A stretch of 40,973 nucleotides of DNA from NCBI GenBank assembly GCA_904063045.1, contig CAJFCJ010000077.1, positions 86,485 through 127,457 of the forward strand, read 5' to 3'. Shown one piece after another: positions 33,915 to 40,973 of this stretch. Position 1 is the first letter of the stretch. Each line of letters opens with the position of its first letter. The notes beneath the pieces were generated by a model. The model did no database searches. It was not told where the DNA came from and worked only from the letters and a program-made list of their open reading frames with translations. Source of the DNA: Dimorphilus gyrociliatus. Its lineage: Eukaryota > Animalia > Annelida. The position numbers and the translations under genes were made by a program.

Positions 33915-34879
33915 TGTTTTTTTAACTCCTTAAATTGTTACTGATAGTTGATAAATGAGTAGTATTATAGTTCATAAAACAACAGCATACGCTATATTGT
34001 AAATCAGCTTTACAACAATTCATTTACCAATTGTATTTGTTACAGATGTTTTTTTTTATTCTGACGATGATGGATTAAATAGCTCCTAAACAACAATAGA
34101 AGCACTATGGAAAAATCGATATGATATAATAAACTGGTATTATTGTATTCATGTATATCGAAAGAGTGACCATTTGCTAATTGACTATTACAATGAGAAA
34201 TATAAGTGTTGGGCAGGTGTCATTCCTATTTTGCCTAAATTTCCCTTCAATTGGGACTTTTATAAACTAATACAGTCACGATAATAAGTAATTGTTATAT
34301 GGGTAAAAACTTCTTGAAAAAGGAACTTTACCAAAATATGTGTATGGACTAGAATATTAAATAAGCTATTAAGTAATTTTAACATGGTTGCTACGACCCT
34401 ATAATTGAGATGTATGAGGTGCCAGACCACATACAATAACAAGGCAAATCGAATTGTAAATAGAAATTATTTATTATCATGGCCGTATAACGTTATCTCT
34501 TAAAAAAAGCTTTTCAACGTTATCTATCATTAACGATTGACCCTCAGGAAAGGTTACAAATTAATATCACAATAGTCATCAATAAATTATCTTGTATTTC
34601 GAATACTCAGCCTTCTTTAAACCTTTATGACATACCTATTATAGTAAAGCTAAGCCAGAGTATACAGTGTATTACTTACTTTCATAAAAAAATAAATAAA
34701 TGAGCTCTTTCATAACACTGGATATTCAAAAGCTTTTTTATTATTTAATGCATATTGCTCACAACTTAAAATAATGTATTTTCATTTATTTTTTAAAACT
34801 TTAAAAATATTGAACTTGATAAATTATCAAAAGAATCAATCAATTTTCTCATAAGATGTAAATTAAATTTGTCGAAATC

Positions 34880-35060
34880 TGTTTTAGTTAGAATATAACC
34901 TTTCACCAATTGACAACAGTATCGGCATATTGGTTTTAGTATACTGAAAGGACACTTTTTACAGCTTACCACACGGGAACAAGGCAATAATAATATATCA
35001 ACCAATTTTGTATAACAGATTTTACAAGCTAGACTCTTCTTCACAAGTTGAAAGATGCTC
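34880..35060 (-). pseudogene. C3HC4 RING-finger remnant (IAP/MDM2-type C-terminal RING)
   Basis: CKICYTKLVDILLLPCSRVVSCKKC....PICRYC: the His of PCGH is replaced by Arg, and there is a frameshift just before CKIC. Confidence 0.55.
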
Positions 35061-35939
35061 ACTTCCGAGCATCATAGATGCAATTTCTATTTCTGTGAAG
35101 GAGAAAAATTCAGCAAAATGAAAAATAAACAAAAAATACATAATTCATTCTTACCTTTCTGGCATTTGAACAGGATTTGTCGTGTTCATAGAACTGTTTC
35201 AAAACAATCTATTATTAGTATCTTGATCAATAAAGGTCAAAACCTCTTTTTGCACCTAGAATATAACTATTAAAATATCTCTTTCGCCAATTCAAAGAGG
35301 TTTCAAATTAAAAACAGAGTGAAGATATTGAAGTAAACAGCATAAAAATGGACACCATAAATTTTGATAGACCAACTTTTAATTAACAGCCAAAATTATT
35401 TGTTCGCTCCAGAGTAGTTTTTTTTGTAGAGAAATTGATATTTGCGAATATTATTAAGAAATTATTTTTAGTAGCTCTCATTAATTTTTTCTTTATTTGG
35501 TTGCTTTGCATTATTATTAGAATATTTAGTTGACATCTGGTTTGGCATTCAAATAGACATTTTTTAACAAAAAATTTTTTAAACTAATTTGTTTTTTAAA
35601 ATTTCTCACTTAATGTCAATTTTAATTATATTTGTTCATTTTTATTGCATTTATTTAATTATGATGTGGAGTAAACATGTTAGGAATCTTGTGTTCTAGA
35701 AATGCAATGAACTATGAAAATTAAGAGCCACAGCAAGAACTAGGTCCAGAAGACCCAAATGAAACAGAAATCGGCAACAAGATTTTTTATTATAAAATAT
35801 ATATAAGAAATGAATTATATTTATGAAAGTATGTTTTATTTGAACTGTTGAATAAGACTACAACTTTAGAAAATGTGCAATTTAACAACGGTAGTTTTAC
35901 TTTAGAGCTTCTAAATAAAGTTCAGAGCACTTTTCCATA

Positions 35940-36600
35940 ACTTCTTACAAAGTCATCTCATGGTTTTCAATCTTTGCTAAATTGAAAATATTTTACTTTG
36001 CATATTCATAATAAGCTTTATTTGATATATTAATATCTTCTTTTCTGATAACATTCATTGATATGCTAGTATAAGATCTGCTTTCCTTTTCAATTCATCT
36101 ATAACAAAATAAATTGATACAGTTGCTCCTACATTACCATTTAAACAATTGTGAAACCCTTCAACATCATTATTTATTCTTATTGCATATTGATAAATAG
36201 ACCATTTTTTTGATGATCAAACATCATTCATGATTAAAATTCTTTCAAAATAATGAATAAAATCAGGAAATTTATCAATTGATATAAGGTTATCTTTAAT
36301 TTTGACAAACTCTATTGGAATAATGTGAGATGGAAAAAATGGAAAGCCATTAGCTGTCTCTCATTTAAAATCATTGTCTGTTTTTTTGTGAAGTCTGAGG
36401 AATAACCCAGCTTCTAAAAAACCAAATGAAAATTGATTCAAGTTTGTTTTTTAGATTAAATAATACCTGAATTTTTCTGTAAACGGCTTGATTCCAACGG
36501 AATAAACATCCTGAAAGATTAGCACTTTCCTAATACAGCTTTCCAAACAGCTTTTTCAAAATCCATGACTCTTTTTTTGATTTCTTATATTGTGTCAATT
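35940..36600 (-). mobile_element. Degraded intron-containing MULE transposase
   Basis: VMDFEKAVWKAV..SGCLFRWNQAVYRKIQ | intron | ..FIHYFERILI..WSIYQYAIRINNDVEGFHN..YFVIDELKRKADLI..LSEKKIL. The intron is at the same position as in the 1-697 copy. Confidence 0.85.
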
Positions 36601-36833
36601 AGTTAATCCACTGATAAACAGAGGAATTAATATTAAATGCATTTCAAAGAATACTTTAAGGTGAACTACTTTAAATAACAGATTATAAGCTTATAAACTA
36701 AGTTGTTTTGAAGTGGAAAAAATAAACACTCTTTCATTATTTTCAAGAACATCTTTCTTTAGGAAATCATCAGGAATGAAGCAATTATTTATAAAAAAAG
36801 TTCTTCTAATAGATTCATTTCGCTGATTTTTTT

Positions 36834-37000
36834 GGAACAGAAAACGTCCCCAAGTGAGATTTTTGAAATCAACATTTCGGATTGAAAAATGGTTAAAAAG
36901 TAAAGTAGCTTTTGATTTGTAGTTAATCAAAAAGGTTAGAGAGAGACAAGGTTAGGGTTAGGGTTAAACCATGCATTTGGGGATGTTTTCTGTCGTATCC
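36834..37000. mobile_element. Mutator-type MITE with TTAGGG arm and candidate TSD
   Basis: Left GGAACAGAAAACGTCC and right GGATGTTTTCTGTCGTATCC. The flanks GATTTTTTT / GATTTTTTC match 8/9. GGTTAGGGTTAGGGTT lies inside. Confidence 0.8.
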
Positions 37001-37261
37001 GATTTTTTCTTCTAGAGTAATTTATCATTTCCTTGCAATTTTCAACATTTACAATATTTCCCGTATGTGCAAAAGGAAGCAGAACATTTAAAGCGTAAAA
37101 CAGCGGAAAATAACTATCACGAAATATCTTCTGCTGAAGGTTAACGTGATAGACACTTTCTTAACACCACTTTAAATTACAAGATTCTCTAATGAAATCT
37201 TTACTTGAAATGAAGATAAACGATTCCTCCACATATCTCTTGGGAATTTTGTATCTGAATT

Positions 37262-38900
37262 TTATAAAGAAAAGACAATAAAGAACACCAACATGAAATG
37301 AAAAAGCAAACTCTTTTTAATGTTTGATAGATGAATAGACTCTTTAAAATTTTCCTGCTCTTCAGGCCTTTTATTCCTTTTGAAAATTTTGTATGATTTC
37401 CATTCTCCAATTGAAAATATAAATGAATTTAATGTAAATAGTATAATTTGAATTAAGAGAGTAATAACAATATTATCTCTGTAGCTGAGTCTAAATTTCA
37501 TAATTTTGACAGACAACTTGTATTTAAAAATAATTTCAAATTTTTGTTTCAGTTTGTTTTAATTCAATTAATTAATTAGTTAATTACCAGCTGATGACAA
37601 GAGTATCCAGGAAGATAATTGAAGGATAATATACAAGATCACATGATACGAAATATACCTATCCTTCCTGTCTATAGTACTTGATTGTTTATTGTGAAGG
37701 TTTTTCTTATGAGATTGTATAATAAAGTAGATTTTTCCATACATTAAGAGCATAATTAAATTTTCAATAAAAATAACGAATCCATATTGAATAAAATGAA
37801 AATACCTATTGTTTGTACTATTAAAATACAAATTAAAACAAGTTGGAGAATTAGAATAGAATTATCAGAAAATTATGAAACGAGTAAAACTTTTCAACGC
37901 TACTGTGTTTTTTAACCTCATCATATAAATAGGGAATGATTGATAACAAAAATGAGACTATTATATAAATAGTTATAAATAATGCAACCGGTCTAGCAGT
38001 AAGTAGTCTTTTAAAAAGAAATAATGTAATAAGGACAAAATCAATACATATCAGTAATGCACTAACATTTGTAACAAGAATTGAAGATGTACATGAAATT
38101 CCTACTGTAGCACAAAAACCACTTGTTCTCCGCTCTAAATCGCGTTGAAAGTATTGATTTTGAAATAAATAATTGTAATATAATAGTATTGAAATCACTA
38201 GAAATGATAGGATATTTCCAAATGCAACTAATATTGTAAATAGTTGCGATGGCCTATGGAATGTAGAAATTCTATAGATTAAAACTAATATATTCTCCAT
38301 AAAGTACAAAGTGTAAAAAACACCACTATTGATATACTAGCCATTAGGAATGAACAAGTAAAATATTTTGTTGGTTTTGGAGTACATTTAACATCTTTTA
38401 AATTGTCAATAATCCCACAGCAAATTGAATAAATTTTATCCAAAACTGGAGAGGGGTTGGATGAAATTTCAAATTGTTTATTATTTCTCTAGCATTAATC
38501 CTATCTATTTTTGTATGATTCAAGTGGATCGCTCTTAATTCTTTTATTTCAAAGAATACTGTTCAATGAATTAAGCTTAATTGCAATACAGTTAACTTGA
38601 TGATACGTAATTTGACATTTTTGAATAGATTTTTCAATAAAAGTGTTATGAATGTTTTTGATAAATAAAGATAAATAAGTGAAGGATAAGTTTCAAATGA
38701 AAAATAGGGTTCATTTTCAATTGGATTTTCGAAAAGATCTAAATACTATAAAAAATTAGCTTTACCCAAACTGTTCAATTTATTCCCAAAATCAGAAGAA
38801 TATTTCAAACTACTTTTTTCCGTTAAGCAAAAAAACTTTGAATTTTGACTATATCACAGCACGGATGAGTTCTCCATAAATTTAAATATGAAACTGTTGC
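37262..38900 (-). pseudogene. LGR/GRL101-type LRR-GPCR, nearly full length but disrupted
   Basis: LRRs (YLDLFENPI..LIYLYLSKT..LRAIHLNHTKI), the hinge DKIYSICCG..KCTPKPTKYFTCSFLM, then TM1-TM7 across ORFs 37851-38309, 37580-37831 and 37262-37516. In-frame TGA/TAA occur in LRR exons and frameshifts flank the hinge/TM1. Confidence 0.8.
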
Positions 38901-39209
38901 GCAATTCCTTGTAATGGCTAAAAAATGGTTATGTTAATGAATTTGAAGGAAGAATACAATAAAAATTAGTTGTTTAAGAGTAGTACTTTGAAAAATATAC
39001 ATGTCATTTTTAATTATATACATAAAATATTTTTCTAAAAAGAAAAACATGCATTTTGATTTAAATTTTAAGAAAAGTAAAATAAAAGAACCAGTTTGAG
39101 CCTAACATGGTATCATTTCACTGAATGAGTAATCGTACGAACATTGCTTGTATACAAATGTATAATCACTTTTATAGCATAAGTTTGAAAATATTGGAAA
39201 TTTCTTTTG

Positions 39210-39393
39210 AAATGAGATTTTTTCAAAGCAACATTTCAGATTGAAAAATGGTCAGGAGGAGTAAAGTAGCTTTTGATTTATAGTTAGGGGGTTCCACCTA
39301 AGGGTTAGGAGCAATCCAAAAGGTTAAGGAGAGACAAAGGCTAGGTTAGGGTTAAGTTTAAACCGTGCATTTGGGACGTTTTCTGTCCTATCC
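39210..39393. mobile_element. Mutator-type MITE, left end missing
   Basis: Internal sequence matches the 29281 and 36834 copies. It ends GGTTAGGGTTAAG..GGGACGTTTTCTGTCCTATCC. Confidence 0.75.
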
Positions 39394-39883
39394 GTTCATT
39401 TTTTCTTTGAAAGGTAAAAAAAAAGTTTTTACAATAAAAAAATGTAAAGGAAACCAGAAGAAATAATCGAGGATATATAATTATAATCTAGAATTGAAAT
39501 AGTTTCTGAAAGTTTTTAGAAAGAAAGATTTCAAATTTGGTTGCTAACGCCATCTGTAGTTGACTCAAAAATTAAAGATATTTTAATTTGCCTAACCAAG
39601 CCTAAACTATTTTAGTATTCCTTTCAATTTGCATTTTCTTTAAAAATTTTAATTTAATACTAAAAAGGGAATCAATTGAACTGTTGAAAAATTTATATTG
39701 CTTTTTAATGTGGTAATTTTCTAGACCAAAATATTCTCATATCTTTGTTTCCCATATAAATAATTCATGCAATTACATTTGTTTATTATGTGTAAACTTT
39801 TTAATTACTTGGGCCTAGAGTACAAAAATGTTTTATTTAAAAAGCCTGTCCGCAATATGTATATTTAAATAGAGAAATGTTTA

Positions 39884-40973
39884 TTAAATATTTGTTGTTG
39901 AAAAGTTAGAAAAGAATAATTCACAAGTTATTAAACTATTTAAATCATTTGACGTTTTGAATAGAATTTGATATATGATATTTTTAAACTTTATTTTCTG
40001 TTTGCAAAGAAATTCGACTTTTGCATCGGGAATCTTTACTCCAAATTTCCCTAAACAATCATATTCAAAAAATAGATCACTTGTCCTATTAAATGCAAAT
40101 GTAATATTTGAATTTTGCATTGTCTTCAGAATTATTGGATTAATTAAATTAATCTTGAATGCATTATTATTCAGAAATTCAAATTGAAGAAAAGATGATA
40201 AAGACCGAAAAGGAATAGATATGTAAAAGTACTCTTGAAAAAAATTATAGACAATTGACAAATAGCTATTTGAATGATGAAGAGAAACATTTCTTCCACC
40301 TAAAATTCAAAATTCTTTATAAAAACTAAAATAATTATGTAATAAATATAACCTTTATGCAGGAATTTAATATTTTTGGTTGCAGCGCTCTTTGTATTCT
40401 TGACAAGTATTCTATCAATCTCATAGGAAGTTGTATTAGTTTCAATTGTTTGTAATATTTGTCTAGTGTTGTCATAGACACCGAATTTTATTTGACTCAT
40501 TGTTATCTCAAACCAATAATGATTCCAATTGGTGCAAATTACTGAGTTGGGTAGAGAGAAATTTACATATTTCTGCTCTGGATAGTTTACTCTTATGTTG
40601 CTGTCCTCAATTGTGGACAGTTTTACTGTCCATAGTAAATAACCTTTGCGGTCATTGATAGCTATCATAAAACTTGAACAATCACTGGACGCTTCTTGCA
40701 GTTGGAAACTAAATAGAGAGAAATTTGAATAAAGATCCTTTGTTAAGTGATAAACAAAGTATGATTCTGCTTGAATGCTAAAGGTATAATCGTCATTTCC
40801 TGTACGAAAACAAATAGTGTATAAAAAGTAAATACTACTGCTATAACGTCTCGTACTTTGTGTATAAACGTCAATTAGGCCTATCTCAACGGAACTGGGA
40901 CTTGAATAAACTTGTAAAATGTTAAATTGGACCCATTCCTCTATTGAGTTATCCTCGTACTTGAAACATTCCA
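39884..40973 (-). CDS. 3' portion of a gene with a farnesoic-acid O-methyltransferase-like (Methyltransf_FA) domain and a C-terminal CE.. domain; extends beyond the window
   Basis: Exons 40973-40857, 40799-about 40352 and about 40297-39884 splice in phase 1. They read YTFSIQAESYF..FSFQLQ..VICTNWNHYWFEITMSQIKFG (the W..FWI.W...I.VG pattern) and end ITCELFFSNFSTTNI*. Confidence 0.6.

Noticed and set aside
29768-38900. In-frame TGA codons as selenocysteine/Trp recoding or an alternative nuclear code
   Set aside because: The same relics also contain TAA/TAG stops and frameshifts, and intact genes use TGG for Trp. TGA fits ordinary TGG/CGA>TGA decay.
1-40973. Prokaryotic defence system, operon, rRNA or tRNA genes
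   Set aside because: Spliceosomal introns and animal gene families occur throughout. I did not recognise any rRNA, tRNA, cas or operon-like structure by eye.

Overview
Very AT-rich animal genomic DNA with tiny (about 40-100 nt) GT-AG introns and two assembly gaps. A nad1 NUMT that reads in the invertebrate mitochondrial code, plus the gene families present, fits a compact-genome invertebrate. A miniaturised annelid such as Dimorphilus is an inference, not something shown here. Apparently intact genes: a secreted 2-CUB protein, a secreted two-PAN/Apple protein, an intronless orphan class-A GPCR, a DEG/ENaC channel, and the 3' part of a gene with a farnesoic-acid-methyltransferase-like domain running off the right edge. 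A 3-CUB paralog carries one frameshift. The rest is a dense graveyard of remnants: two head-to-head atlastin/GBP-like GTPases, four LGR/GRL101-type LRR-GPCR remnants, and an EGF-kringle-F-type-lectin pseudogene. TE remnants include several Mutator (MULE) transposase pieces, Tc1 DD34E, Ty3/gypsy RT, a multicopy LINE-RT-like 350-bp repeat, and a family of about 170-205 bp Mutator-type MITEs carrying telomere-like TTAGGG/CCCTAA arms. The most striking pattern is a patchwork of unrelated host-gene, TE and mitochondrial fragments joined end to end and often abutting MULE terminal motifs (possible Pack-MULE-like capture or a TE-trap locus). I see no clear new enzymatic system. All calls come from manual translation and motif recognition; no searches were run.
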